This document shows, one piece after another, positions 1 to 13,081 of a stretch of DNA of 64,000 nt. Location: assembly GCA_002269645.1 (NCBI GenBank), contig NIVC01000536.1, positions 281,875 to 345,874 of the forward strand. The letters are read 5' to 3'. The stretch is from Macrostomum lignano. Lineage: Eukaryota. A model generated the notes under the pieces. That model made no database searches and was not told where the DNA came from. It saw only the letters and a program-made list of their open reading frames with translations. Made by a program: the position numbers and the translations under genes. The first letter of the stretch is position 1, and the number at the start of each line of letters is the position of its first letter.

Positions 1-240
1 TGAACCTGCGCTTAAACACACACAGACAGAGGAAAAGGGGGAGCGGAAGGCAGAGTGGGGTGATAGGTTTTTCACTTATTTTCCTATTTTTCCTTTTTCC
101 GTCATTCTCTCTCTCTCAGTATTTTTCAATTCACGAAGGCCTTCAAAACGCGAGAGGTCAGGTCAAGCGGGGTCCAAAATATTGTAGATTTGCGAGCTGC
201 CTGAATGGAGTTGCTTAGTGTAGTGCATAACTGACTGACC

Positions 241-1788
241 GAGCCCCTCCTGACACCCCAATCTCAAGAGGCTCACCTGACACCCCAATCTCAAGAGCCC
301 CTCCTGACACCCCAACCTCATGAGCCCCTCCTGACACCCCAACCTCAAGAGCCCCTCCTGACACCCCAACCTCAAGAGCCCCTCCTGACACCCCAACCTC
401 AAGAGCCCCTCCTGACACCCCAACCTCAAGAGCCCCTCCTGACACCCCAATCTCAAAAGCCCCTCCTGACACAACAACCTCAAGAGCCCCTCCTGACACC
501 CCAACCTCAAGAGCCCCTCCTGACACCCCAACCTCAAGAGCCCCTCCTGACACCCCAATCTCAAAAGCCCCTCCTGACACAACAACCTCAAGAGCCCCTC
601 CTGACACCCCAACCTCAAGAGCCCCTCCTGACACCCCAACCTCAACAGCCCCTCCTGACACAACAACCTCAAGAGCCCCTCCTGATACCCCAAACTCAAG
701 AGCCCCTCCTGACACCCCAACCTCAAGAGCCCCTCCTGACACCCCAACCTCAACAGCCCCTCCTGACACAACAACCTCAAGAGCCCCTCCTGATACCCCA
801 AACTCAAGAGCCCCTCCTGACACCCCAACCTCAAGAGCCCCTCCTGACACCCCAATCTCAAAAGCCCCTCCTGACACAACAACCTCAAGAGCCCCTCCTG
901 ACACCCCAACCTCAAGAGCCCCTCCTGACACCCCAACCTCAAGAGCCCCTCCTGACACCCCAATCTCAAAAGCCCCTCCTGACACAACAACCTCAAGAGC
1001 CCCTCCTGACACCCCAACCTCAAGAGCCCCTCCTGACACCCCAACCTCAAGAGCCCCTCCTGACACCCCAACCTCAACAGCCCCTCCTGACACAACAACC
1101 TCAAGAGCCCCTCCTGATACCCCAAACTCAAGAGCCCCTCCTGACACCCCAACCTCAAGAGCCCCTCCTGACACCCCCAAGCTCAAAAGCCCGTCCTGAC
1201 ACCCCCAACCTCAAGAGCCCCTCCTGACACCCTAACCTCAAGAGCCCCTCCTGACACCCCAACCTCAAGAGCCCCTCCTGACACACCAATCTCAAAAGCC
1301 CCTCCTGACACCCCAACCTCAAGAGCCCCTCCTGACACCCCAACCTCAAGAGCCCCTCCTGACACCCCAACCTCAACAGCCCCTCCTGACACAACAACCT
1401 CAAGAGCCCCTCCTGATACCCTAAACTCAAAAGCCCCTCCTGACAACCCAACCTCAAGAGCCCCTCCTGACACCCCCAAGCTCAAAAGCCCGTCCTGACA
1501 CCCCCAACCTCAAGAGCCCCTCCTGACACCCCAATCTCAAGAACCCCTCCTGACACCCCAACCTCAAAAGCCCCTCCTGACACCCTAACCTCAAGAGCCC
1601 CTCCTGACACCCCAACTTCAAGAGCCCCTCCTGACACCCCAACCTCAAGAGCCTCTCCTGACACCCCCAACCTCAAAAGACCCTCCTGACACTCCCAACC
1701 TCAAAAGACCCTTCTGACACTCCCAACCTCAAGAGCCCCTCCTGACACCCCAATCTCAAAAGCCCCTCCTGACACCCTAACCTCAGAG
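241..1788. repeat. 27-bp minisatellite (GAGCCCCTCCTGACACCCCAACCTCAA)n
   Basis: Direct inspection; source of the spurious LLRLGCQEG ORFs. Confidence 0.95.
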
Positions 1789-1808
1789 CAGAACCAAAGG
1801 CCACTCAC

Positions 1809-3665
1809 TCGCTGTCGCTGGCGCAGGGAAAGGCCAGCATGCCGAACTGCTCAGCCACCGCCAGAGACATCAGCTTGGCAACGTGCAGCTCGTCAGCCAG
1901 ATTGGTGACTTGGACAACACTGACGGCCCGGCTGGTGCACACGCTATCCGGCACGCTCAGGTGCTCGGTGTTGGCCACGAACACCTGCGAGCTGAGCAGC
2001 AGCAATGAGTCGAATGTCCGATCGCGCTCTCGGGCAGTCTCAGCCAGGGAATAGTTTAACAGGCCGTGCAGCGTAGCCCGAATATCGCTGCTGATTGGAA
2101 ATTGATCCTCGAGGTTCCAGACTTCTACTAGAAGCAGGGAGACGGCAACCCGGGTTGGGGCGAAGTATTTCCCCATCAGGTTGGTGAGCCGGCCGCTCAG
2201 CAACTGGGATCTGTCCATTGTCCGGTCGAGACTGGAGAACTGCGGAGTGGGATAAAGATCCAAAAAAATGAATTTTTTGGATTTACTGAGGTCAAGAGCT
2301 TTCTCGACTGTGGAAGGGTCAACTGACCCCCTTTTAGTTGGAGCTTTCTACAACTCAATTGTGGGAGGGTCAACTGACTCCCTTTTAGTTGGAGCTTTCT
2401 CGACTGTGGGAGGGTCAACTGACCCCCTTTTAGTTGGAGCTTTCTACAACTCAATTGTGGGAGAGTCAACTGACAACTGACCCCCTTTTAGTTGTAGCTT
2501 TCTCGACTGTGGGAGGGTCAACTGACCCCCTTTTAGTTGTAGCTTTCTCGACTGTGGGAGGGTCAACTGACCCCCTTTTAGTTGGAGCTTTCTACAACTC
2601 AATTGTGGGAGGGTCAACTGACAACTGACCCCCTTTTAGTTGTAGCTTTCTCGACTGTGGGAGGGTCAACTGACCCCCTTTTTAGCTGTAGCTGTCTCGA
2701 CTGTTGGGGGTCAACTGACCCCCTTGCTGTTGTTGCTTTCTTGAATGTAAGATGGTCAACTGACCCCCTTTTAGTTGTAACTTTCTTGGCTGTGGGAGGG
2801 TCAACTGACCCCCTTTTAGCTGTTGCATTCTACAACTAAATTGTGGGAGGGTCAACTGACAACTGACCCCCTTTTAGTTGTAGCTTTCTCGACTGTGGGA
2901 GGGTCAACTGACCCCCTTTTTAGCTGTAGCTGTCTCGACTGTTGGGGGTCAACTGACCCCCTTGCTGTTGTTGCTTTTTTGAATGTAAGATGGTCAACTG
3001 ACCCCCTTTTAGTTGTAACTTTCTTGGCTGTGGGAGGGTCAACTGACCCCCTTTTAGCTGTTGCATTCTACAACTCAATTGTGGGAGGGTCAACTGACCC
3101 CCTTTTAGCTGTTGCTTTCTACAACTCAATTGTGGGAGGGTCAACTGACCCCCTCAGGGTTGCAGCTGTCTCTATTGAAGGAGCAACTAATATCAAGCAC
3201 TGCCTCACCAGCTGGTGGTCCACAATGATTCCAAGCCGCAGTTTGAAATCCTTGGGCGGTATCTGGCCAGGCTGCCAGCCGAGCTTGAGCCGGTCCAGAA
3301 TCTGCTCGGGCACAATCCTGGGCTCACTGAGAGCGGTGAATGAAGTGTAGAAAATCTGCACATTGGGATCCCGGGTGATGTTCTGATTCAATCGCGGATC
3401 AGCCAGGCCGTAGCGCATCACAAAATACGGCTTGTAGGGCCGGCACTGGGTGCACAGAACTGGCAGGATGACGTACTCCAAGCCCTGATAGGTGAAGTAG
3501 CCGTGCATGATTTTATTGCACAGGTCAACATAAGCTGAGCCTTGGTAACGGCCGTGCTGCTTCACTCGGCCAGTGTAATAGCAGTGCGGCATGCTGCCTG
3601 AGACCATGATGCTGCTGCGGACTCGCCAGTGGCGCACTTGGAATTTGTCCGAGATGTCCAGCACC
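1809..3665 (-). CDS. ADAM/reprolysin (M12B) family protein, partial (prodomain plus degenerate metalloprotease domain); probably non-catalytic, ADAM11/22/23 / UNC-71 / mind-meld-like
   Basis: Two exons, 3665-3209 and 2239-1809, with canonical AG/GT ends, join in phase 0 as ...LGIIVDHQL|FSSLDRT... They contain the prodomain motif HCYYTGRV, the reprolysin start LGIIVDH and SLLLVEVW. AKLMSLAVAEQFGM aligns ungapped to the AxTMAHELGHNLGM zinc motif. The 5' and 3' exons were not identified. Confidence 0.8.
2296..3153. repeat. ~41-52-bp intronic minisatellite with the palindromic core GGGTCAACTGACCC
   Basis: Roughly 18 degenerate units filling the ADAM intron. Confidence 0.9.
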
Positions 3666-3692
3666 CTGGAGTAAGGAATAGATAGCAAAATA

Positions 3693-3833
3693 GGTAAACA
3701 GCCAGAGTAACTGGAATGCCTTTATAAGGCCTAATGCCTCGCCAGCTTAGTAGTGTAAAAAATTGTCTGCAGGTAAACAGCGAGAGTAACGCGCTTGTTG
3801 TTACCCTATCAGATGCTTCGTCATCTTATTAGA
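3693..3833 (+). repeat. Two 28S-rDNA-like bipartite units (3693-3754, 3772-3833)
   Basis: Unit A: GGTAAACAGCCAGAGTAACTGG-17 nt-TAATGCCTCGCCAGCTTAGTAGT. Unit B: GGTAAACAGCGAGAGTAACGCG-17 nt-AGATGCTTCGTCATCTTATTAGA. Blocks match the conserved eukaryotic LSU sequence at 17-19 of 22-23 positions. Confidence 0.75.
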
Positions 3834-4271
3834 CGAGTTTATTTCAAGGTCGGCAATTTTAAGTTTTTAACGAAACGAAGAGAAGCTGAAGTGGAATTGG
3901 AACTTAAGAGAAAGCTTCCTTCAGTAAGTAATTAGTAGTTTTAAGTACCGTTTCTAGATTTTGATTTGAGCAATTAGGAAAAGGGGCCATAGGAAAAGTC
4001 GCTAGCTGTGAGTCACCCAATTCGCATATAAAAGCCATTGAAAGAAGCACTAAGAAAAAAGTCTAGGGTCAAATTACCAGCTGGATGTTCCCCGCTTCGA
4101 TTCACCCAGAACTGAACAGGTACCCCCCCCCCCCAATTAAATAAGAAAACACTTTCATTTTGCCTTAACAGTGTAAATAATTGGCTACACTAAACCACTA
4201 TAATGAGGCTGCGGTTGCAAATATTTAATTATGCACGAAGCCGAATCAGACAATAAAGTTGATCTCTTTAT

Positions 4272-4724
<453 letters not shown>

Positions 4725-5651
4725 CGTAGATGGCTAGTGACCAGTATATTATAGTTAGAGTCCATATATGTTATTTAGGGTATTAGAAAAAAAGGTGATC
4801 AAAAACCGAGTGCAGTGCAGTTGCGAGTGGACTTAGATAATAGAGGGAAACCATAGTTGCCAAGGGATTTCTATTAATCATTCCTTTAATCCCACTCTCT
4901 TTAATTTGGCTGCCGATTAAATGGGACTGGATGCGGGATGATAGAAACGTTGCCATAGTATCAATTTAATCAAGATTAATAATAATAGGCTGTATACATA
5001 CAGGGGACTCGGTATTGCAGTAGCGCGCTTATCAACATACTGCATCTCTTAAATTTTATAAGCCAACTTGCCAGTATAGGAAAGTCTCAAATCAAAGGGC
5101 AAGGAAGGCCAGGATGACTCAAGAGCTGGCGCCTCCACAGTTTGAGAAACAAAGAACTAAGAAGAATTCGATGAGTAATATTACAGTTTTTATTCTACTT
5201 CTAGACTGAACTCTGTCATTCAAGTTCGATGCAAGCGGGAAATCTGGGAGGGGGGGGGGTGGGGCAGAACGTACAGATGCGTCCCTTGGCCCCCATCAAG
5301 GACAAGCGGGCAGACCGTTTCTGTTCAACCGCAGAATTTTGTCTGGGGTCTCCGGGTCTGAAGGCGTCTGGGGAAGAAGGAGATTATCAAGTCAGGCTGC
5401 GTCCTGCCCAGTCCAGGGTTCGCAATAAAGAATAAAGATTTTCCACTGAGCGAGCAACTCTTTATCCAGGGCCTCCGGGGCTTAGCGTATTTCTATAGCA
5501 TATTAAATAATCTATAAAGAGAAGTTTAAAAACTTTTAAAGCTACTCGTATTACAACTTTGTCTTCTTATTACTACAATGATGCCTGAAAATTGTCGTAT
5601 CTAGACCTACACTGGAAGTGATTCGAGGGAAAACTTCTTTCTTGGACCCGG

Positions 5652-5713
<62 letters not shown>

Positions 5714-6384
5714 GGCAGACAGAGATAGACGGATAGATAGATAGATATAGACAGTCTTCAGAAATCTGTAGATTTTTGCGCATCCCCTGTGTGCAACTTT
5801 CCAATTCATGAATTTATTACTTTTGAACAGAATTTTATATTGAATTGGCATTTGTTTATTCGCCAAAACACAGATATTGCAGGTGCGCAGGTGGATTCGC
5901 ACAGCTTAATGATTTACCAAATACCAGAGGCCTCTCGGAGTCAAGATAATATACGGTGAATATAAATGAGGAAAATGGCAAAAAGATACTAAACCAAAAC
6001 TCCCGACTGGAAAGTAAATTATCCGAAGTCTAAAGTGCAGCATAACAACGCGTGCGCATATTGGACTACGTGCTAGCAACTAGACCAAATAGACCGCAAT
6101 GTGTCTGATAGAGAAAATATAGATTATCACTGTTTATGCACAGTCGTGCAGGAGTGAATGTGGGAGGAAATGCCCCGAGTGGCTTTCAGTTAAGAGGGGG
6201 GCTGCCAGCGAAAAGCCGGCAGGCTGTTTGCCACCGCAAAAGTCGCTCCCATCCAATCCTAACAGTTACCAAAATAGCTAAACCGTATACACAGATACAC
6301 AGGAACTGAGGAACCAGTGGTTTCAGTGAAGAAAAGTTTTTTGTGGTTCAGGCATTTAGGCTTAAGAATCAGATATGGTACTTC

Positions 6385-7058
6385 AGGAGTGGAGAAACTT
6401 CAGGAGTGGGGAAGCTTCAGGAGTGGAGAAGCTTCAGGAGTGGAAAATCTTCGGGAGTAGGGGAGGCTTCAGGAGTGGGGGAGGCTTCAGGAGTGGGGAA
6501 GCTTCAGGAGTGGAAAATCTTCGGGAGTAGGGGAGGCTTCAGGAGTGGGGAAGCGAAGCTTCAGGAGTGGGGAAGCTTCAGGAGTGGGGAAGCTTCAGGA
6601 GTGGAGAAGCTTCAGGAGTGGGGAAGCTTCAGGAGTGGAGAAGCTTCAGGAGTGGGGAAGCTTCAGGAGTGGAGAAGCTTCAGGTGTGGGGAAGCTTCAG
6701 GAGTGGAGAAGCTTCAGGAGTGGAGAAGCTTCAGGAGTGGAAAATCTTCGGGAGTAGGGGAGGCTTCAGGAGTGGGGGAGGCTTCAGGAGTGGGGAAGCT
6801 TCAGGAGTGGAAAATCTTCGGGAGTAGGGGAGGCTTCAGGAGTGGGGAAGCGAAGCTTCAGGAGTGGGGAAGCTTCAGGAGTGGGGAAGCTTCAGGAGTG
6901 GGGAAGCTTCAGGAGTGGAGAAGCTTCAGGAGTGGGGAAGCTTCAGGAGTGGAGAAGCTTCAGGAGTGGGGAAGCTTCAGGAGTGGAGAAGCTTCAGGTG
7001 TGGGGAAGCTTCAGGAGTGGAGAAGCTTCAGGAGTGGAGAAGCTTCAGGTGTGGGGGA
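6385..7058. repeat. ~18-bp minisatellite (GAAGCTTCAGGAGTGGRG)n with higher-order structure
   Basis: Direct inspection. Confidence 0.92.
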
Positions 7059-8170
7059 AGCAAACTAGGACCCTATAAACCGCTCATATAATGAATGCCA
7101 TTGGAAAAAATTCAGAAACCTAAAGAAACAGAAACAAAAACCACTCGACAGATAGGAAGTCAAAGGGAAAAAGGTAAAAATGGAAAAAAATCGATAGAAA
7201 AGCAAGCAAGGGAAGTGATGCAGTCCTCTTTATTAAAAATTAGATCAATTTGCGAGTTAACACGCTAGCCACAGATTCTCCGAGCGCCCGGATAGGAAGT
7301 TGACTTTACTTCATGCCCATTGCCAGCTCACACTGCTGCTGCTGCATGCGTCCGGGGCATCAAACAGTTCCGTCAACAACAGAAAAGCATTAGCATTAGC
7401 ACGGTAATAATGTATATTCCCCCCACATATATTCTGCTTAGAGAAAAGGCCCAGACAGAAGGTGCTTTAGTGACGACTGACGAGATGAGAACGCTTGCCG
7501 CTTCAAAGCTTCCGTTATAATATAGTATGACTCACGCTCAGCCTCCCAGCACACTGGGACAGCGAGGGACAGAAAGAGAGATTGACTTCGTGTCCGTCAG
7601 GCCGCGCCACGAAAAGCTTGCCAAATCCAATGCCAAGTCAGTAGAGAAGAAAAGATTATAAATTGACTAGAAACTCATATTTAGGCAGATCGGAAAGCTT
7701 GCCTCGACAAAAATAGCGACCAAGGACCAACGCGGGTTCTCTATGACAGAAACCACATCGGACAGAGAACGGAAACTGATAGTTAATAGCATATCAACAG
7801 ACAGAACCAGAACCAACGCGCAGTCCTGATCCCCCTGACTACGAGTATTCGACGAAATTGTATCCCAGTAATTAGCCATACGCTGGGGTATTTATCCCGT
7901 CAGTCAGAAACTGACTGCGGTCTGTCAACTGGCCGCGTCACTGTCGATTTTCAAACACTTGCTCGTTCGCTGCCGAAATCCCCAATCAAAATCTGACTTT
8001 CGCCTCTGGATAAGTTTTGGGTCGAAATTCGCGTTCGAGTAGGTTCTGCCTTGGGACAAAAAACGATTATAAAATTGCCTAACACATTTAAAATTATGCC
8101 ACGAACAAAAACACTCGGAGTCCTGCTGTCCAACATCAACAAATCGTTTGTTTGGAGTGGCGCAAATGTA

Positions 8171-8819
8171 CGAGGGCCATCACGAGACCCAACAGACTGA
8201 CATCACATCAAGAAGTTGATTTTTCACAGGGATTCAAAATAGGATGCAATGAATTCAATGCCAATGGTTCGTTCCCAGAAGAAGTCGGACGATCTCGTTA
8301 AAGAGCTCTTCAGGCATTGATACCGGCGACATCAGGGCCTCCGTGAGAATTCGGTGGATGCTGGATGAAGGAATTTCACTAAGTTCTGCCATTTTTTCGG
8401 ACGTCCATCGGGGATCAATTTCCAGCAAACCACAGATTAGCTCAAGGTCGCTCTCGGTCCGCACTTTTCTGGGTCTCCCAGATCTCGGCTCGTCCAGGGT
8501 CGAAGTGCAGCCGCTCTTGAACCGATCCTATCATTTGCACACAGCGCGCTGGCACAGTGAATTTTTGCCGTACGCATCTACAAGCTGCCGTTGGACTTGG
8601 GCAGCTGGCGTTCCTCGCAGCCATTCAGTTTTAATGTAACACCGCTGCTTGTTCTGTGGGTATCTCCTAACACCGCGACGTCGGCCGAGGAGGGAAATCT
8701 CAAGTGCGCAGGAAATGATTGCTTCTAGCCGCAGGTCAGCTGTGGTGACAGTTGCAGCCACTAGAGCGATGTCTGTGGTTGAAATCGATCGATTGCACGA
8801 ACTTTTGGGATGCCCCTCG
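8171..8819 (-). mobile_element. Internally deleted mariner (Tc1/mariner) transposon
   Basis: TA duplications at 8169-8170 and 8820-8821 and imperfect TIRs starting CGAGGG. Minus-strand fragments QRCYIKTEWLRGTPAAQVQRQLVDAYG and DPRWTSEKMAELSEIPSSSIHRILTEAL resemble the mariner N-terminal HTH and are fused directly to a C-terminus-like SMPEELFNEI. The catalytic domain is missing. Confidence 0.8.
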
Positions 8820-9164
8820 TACAAGTAGGTCTGGACTGGCCATCATACACGGAATATGTGTTCGTGTGCGCTTTTGACAGCATAAATTTGTTGCCACGAG
8901 GCTGGCTTATACGCGGCCTCGTAAATGCATCCAACGATCTTATCGAAGTTTTCCACTCTAAGAGAGAATTCAGGATGCCGACTTTACAGTCGGGCAGGTT
9001 AATAGCATTAGCCAAGATATGCGAGCTGCTAATTGCAAGAGTGCCGCTGACAGCGGGACAGGAAAAGTGAATATCACTGTAGTGCGGTGGAGCGGTTGGA
9101 GATAAAACTGAGTTACAATGCTAGTTAGGCCTGACCAAGCTTGCACGGCGAGTCAGTGGCGATT

Positions 9165-9797
9165 CTTTAATGCGAGAGTCAGCGGCGATTATTTTATGTA
9201 AGAGTCAGCGGTGATTATTTTATGTAAGAGTCAGTGGCGATTCTTTAATTCGAGTCAGTGGCGATTCTTTAATTCGAGTCAGTGGCGATTCTTTAATTCG
9301 AGTCAGTGGCGATTCTTTAATTCGAGTCAGTGGCGATTCTTTATTGCGAGTCAGGGGCGATTCTTTAATGCGAGAGTCAGCGGCGATTCTTTAATTCGAG
9401 TCAGTGGCGATTCTTTAATTCGAGTCAGTGGCGATTCTTTAATTCGAGTCAGTGGCGATTCTTTAATTCGAGTCAGTGGCGATTCTTTATTGCGAGTCAG
9501 GGGCGATTCTTTAATGCGAGAGTCAGCGGCGATTCTTTAATTCGAGTCAGTGGCGATTCTTTAATTCGAGTCAGTGGCGATTCTTTAATTCGAGTCAGTG
9601 GCGATTCTTTAATTCGAGTCAGTGGCGATTCTTTATTGCGAGTCAGGGGCGATTCTTTAATGCGAGAGTCAGCGGCGATTCTTTAATTCGAGTCAGTGGC
9701 GATTCTTTATTGCGAGTCAGCGGCGATTCTTTAATGCGAGAGTCAGCGGCGATTCTTTAATGCGAGAGTCAGCGGCGATTCTTTAATGCAAGTCAGC
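9165..9797. repeat. 23-25-bp minisatellite (GAGTCAGTGGCGATTCTTTAATTC)n
   Basis: Direct inspection. Confidence 0.92.
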
Positions 9798-10919
9798 GAC
9801 GATTCTTTAATGCAAGTCAATTTAAATAAGTCTCTTTTGATGGTGGTTTGAACCCTTTTACGATTCGTAAAAAGGCAACAAGGAAAGCAAGTATTCAGAC
9901 CCAGACTGGTCAGAAGCGATGATCAGTGGCGGCGAGAGTGGCCATCCCTGTTCTGTGCAGATTCAGTGGAGGAACTTTCCCAAGAGAGGACAACGGCATT
10001 GTTGTTCTGTCTAATTTTATAAACTTTTCTCTTTAAAAAACTTGACAGCTGGCTGGCTAAATAAACACTATTCTATTATTGATTCCCGCAGGATATCGTT
10101 GATACGGCTCGTATCTCTATAAAAATATGCATAAAAGTTCTTCACCGTTCTTCATAAAGCCGCAGCCAGCCAGCACCCGCTGGGCCTTATCAGCGGAGCT
10201 GTCAATTAAACCCCGGACCAAAGCAAAGTCGTCCAAAGAAAATCAGAAGAAACCTCTGCGGCAGCGGCCAACGTAGATTCTATATGCGCGCAATCCATTT
10301 CAATATAACTACTAAGAAATTTCATTAAGAACAGTCCATTAGTAAGATACTTATCATCGGCCCGTAGCGTTTGCCAGGAAAATAAAGCCTGAAGATGAAG
10401 TCACAGATTTGCGCTTCAATAATCCTTCGGAGAGAGAGAGGGAGAGGTGAGAGAGAGAGAGAGAAGACGGATTTTTAGCCGTTGTTAATTTTTTACAGTC
10501 TTTTCACCTTGCCATTCGTTTTCTAGCCGAGCCAAACCTTACCAAGCCGATCCCGCATTTCGTGTCCCAGTTTCAAACTCTCTTCATCAATTCTCGCCTG
10601 GAACGAGTACCTGCATAGCCTGCCAGTCCGCTTAAGGAATCTTCGCAATTTCTCTCTTTCTTTCTTACGTGTGCTACGCGGAGATTCCGCAGCCGCCTTC
10701 CTGCAGCTACCAGTTGTTAGCTGAAGTTTTCGTTTTTCTTTTCCGTGAACCGCCTCCCCTTCCCGCGGCGCGCACCTGCGCTGCTTGACCCCCACCTCGC
10801 CTGCTTATCCGCATCTCCTCTCTCTGCCTCGTATCTCTCCTCTCAGGCTGCGATGCGCACCCTATTGAACTCTGCCTACGCCTGCTACCTCTCCCCTCAA
10901 ACTCCCTCGCCCGCTCTCC

Positions 10920-11340
10920 TCTGCTTAGTCTTCCTATCTACCTCTCTTATCTCCCTCACCCTCTCCACATCTACCTCCCTTAGCTCCTTCGCCCTCTCCA
11001 CATCTACCCCTCTTATCTCCCTCGACCTCTCCCTATCTACCTCCCTCTCTTATCTTCCTCGCCCCCCCTCTATTTACACTTTCTCTTATCTCCCTCACCC
11101 TCTCCACATCTACCTCCCTCTCATCTCCCTCACCCTCTCCACATCTACCTTCCTCTCTTATCTTCCTCGCCCCCCTCTATTTACACTTTCTCTTATCTCC
11201 CTCACCCTCTCCACACCTACCTCCCTCTCTTATCTTCCTCACCCTCTCCACATGTACCTCTTTTATCTCCCTCGCCCTCTCTCTCTATTTACTTTCTCTC
11301 TTATCTCCCTCACCCTCTCCTCTACCCCGGGGCTACTACC
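10920..11340. repeat. CT-rich degenerate tandem repeat
   Basis: Repeated CTCTCTTATCTCCCTCACCCTCTCCACATCTAC. Confidence 0.8.
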
Positions 11341-11892
11341 TCACCTATCCTAATTAGTCCTCTTCTATCTCTGCAGGTCAATCTTATCTCCCATTCTCAA
11401 TCCCTTGTAAGTAAAACTTGGCATCTTGAAAAGTGAAAACAATTAGTAAAGCGCATTACGTCATACAATTGATTTTTCTACCTGCCTTTATTAATTCATT
11501 CATCACTTGGCTTTGGTTAGGTCAGGATTATCGCCTACCAAATGTGTGTGTATGCATACTGATGTATATATATACACTGAAGCGCTGATATCAAATTACC
11601 GAAACCGCAGCTGATGGTAGCCAACAATCAATGCCTGTCTGGGCCGACTGTCCGTCATCGCAAGACCCCCCCCACCAGAGTTTGAAGGAGTTTCTACATT
11701 CTACATGGAAACCCTAGCCGCCATGGCGCTCTCTCCCACGGAAACAGGGAAATGAGGGACCAGATTTGCATCAACAAGCCGTCCAATATTGAATTACATT
11801 TAAGTAGATTTTGACCGCTTCCAGTCTGTGAGGATTAAGACAACTCCTCTGTCAGGCTGTCCTCACCTGACCAAATCCCGAAGTAATCTGGA

Positions 11893-12724
11893 CACCCTCC
11901 TCAGACAGCACAATCCTGAGAATCTCACCCTCCTCAGACACCAACAATCCTGAGAATCTCACCCTCCTCAGACACCAACAATCCTGAGAATCTCACCCTC
12001 CTCAGACAGCAACAATCCTGAGAATCTCACCCTCCTCAGACACCAACAATCCTGAGAATCTCACCCTCCTCAGACAGCACAATCCTGAGAATCTCACCCT
12101 CCTCAGACACCAACAATCCTGAGAATCTCACCCTCCTCAGACACCAACAATCCTGAGAATCTCACCCTCCTCAGACACCAACAATCCTGAGAATCTCACC
12201 CTCCTCAGACAGCAACAATTCTGAGAATCTCACCCTCCTCAGACAGCAACAATTCTGAGAATCTCACCCTCCTCAGACAGCACAATCCTGATAATCTCAC
12301 CCTCCTCAGACAGCACAATCCAGAGAAGCTCACCCTCCTCAGACAGCAACAATCCTGAGAATCTCACCCTCCTCAGACAGCAACAATTCTGAGAATCTCA
12401 CCCTCCTCAGACAGCACAATCCTGACAATCTCACCCTCCTCAGACAGCACAATCCTGAGAATCTCACCCTCCTCAGACACCAACAATCCTGAGAATCTCA
12501 CCCCCCTCAGACAGCACAATCCTGAGAATCTCACCCTCCTCAGACAGCAACAATCCTGAGAATCTCACCCTCCTCAGACACCAACAATCCTGAGAATCTC
12601 ACCCTCCTCAGACAGCAACAATCCTGAAATCTCACCCTCATCAGACAAGACAATCCTGAGAATCTCACCCTCTCCAGACAGCAACAATCCTGAGAATCTC
12701 ACCCTCCTCATACAATACAATCCT
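11893..12724. repeat. 31-32-bp minisatellite (CTGAGAATCTCACCCTCCTCAGACAGCAACAATC)n
   Basis: Direct inspection. Confidence 0.92.
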
Positions 12725-12912
12725 AAAGACAGACATCAAGCAATTCGTGCAATTAAAAAAAACCGTTGCTATCCAAATAAGTGCTCGCTCACCGGGCCTT
12801 TTCCAATTCGAATAGCAGCGGCTCGGCCTCGCTGGTTCTGTAGAGACTCACTGACAGCGACTTTGTGTAGGGCGCGAAAGCCTTGATGGGTGAAAATAAA
12901 GGAAAACGACGC

Positions 12913-13081
12913 ATGACGAAGCATAGCTAGTCATTCCAGTTACCCTATTCTACTAATTAGATGACGAGGCACTCATTAATATATCAATGTACAGTTACTC
13001 CTGCAGTTTACCCCATCCACTAATAATATGACGAAGCATCTGAAACTAAAACAGGAAGTATAGTTACTCCCGCCGTTTACT
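12913..13081 (-). repeat. Head-to-tail array of three 28S-rDNA-like bipartite units
   Basis: Units 13081-13019 (blocks 21/22 and 19/23 to 28S, 18-nt spacer), 13012-12952 (19/22 and 21/23, 16-nt spacer) and 12945-12913 (internally shortened), with 6-nt linkers GGATGG and AGAATA. Confidence 0.85.

Noticed and set aside
163-1676. LLRLGCQEG / GVSGGALEV repeat proteins
   Set aside because: Products of a 27-bp minisatellite; no unique coding flanks or splice support.
10543-10612. Possible upstream ADAM exon (YSFQARIDEESLKL..., minus strand, GTAAG donor)
   Set aside because: The phase does not match the acceptor at 3665 and the similarity is too weak to support.
13021-13060. Hammerhead ribozyme (ATGACGA...GAAAC on the + strand)
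   Set aside because: The GAAA core occurs in only one unit, as part of its spacer; CUGANGA is imperfect and there are no convincing stems.
12913-13081. rRNA gene or CRISPR array
   Set aside because: Only ~45 nt per unit match 28S and the helix-pairing strands are absent. There are no cas genes and the context is eukaryotic. Reported instead as an unexplained repeat family.
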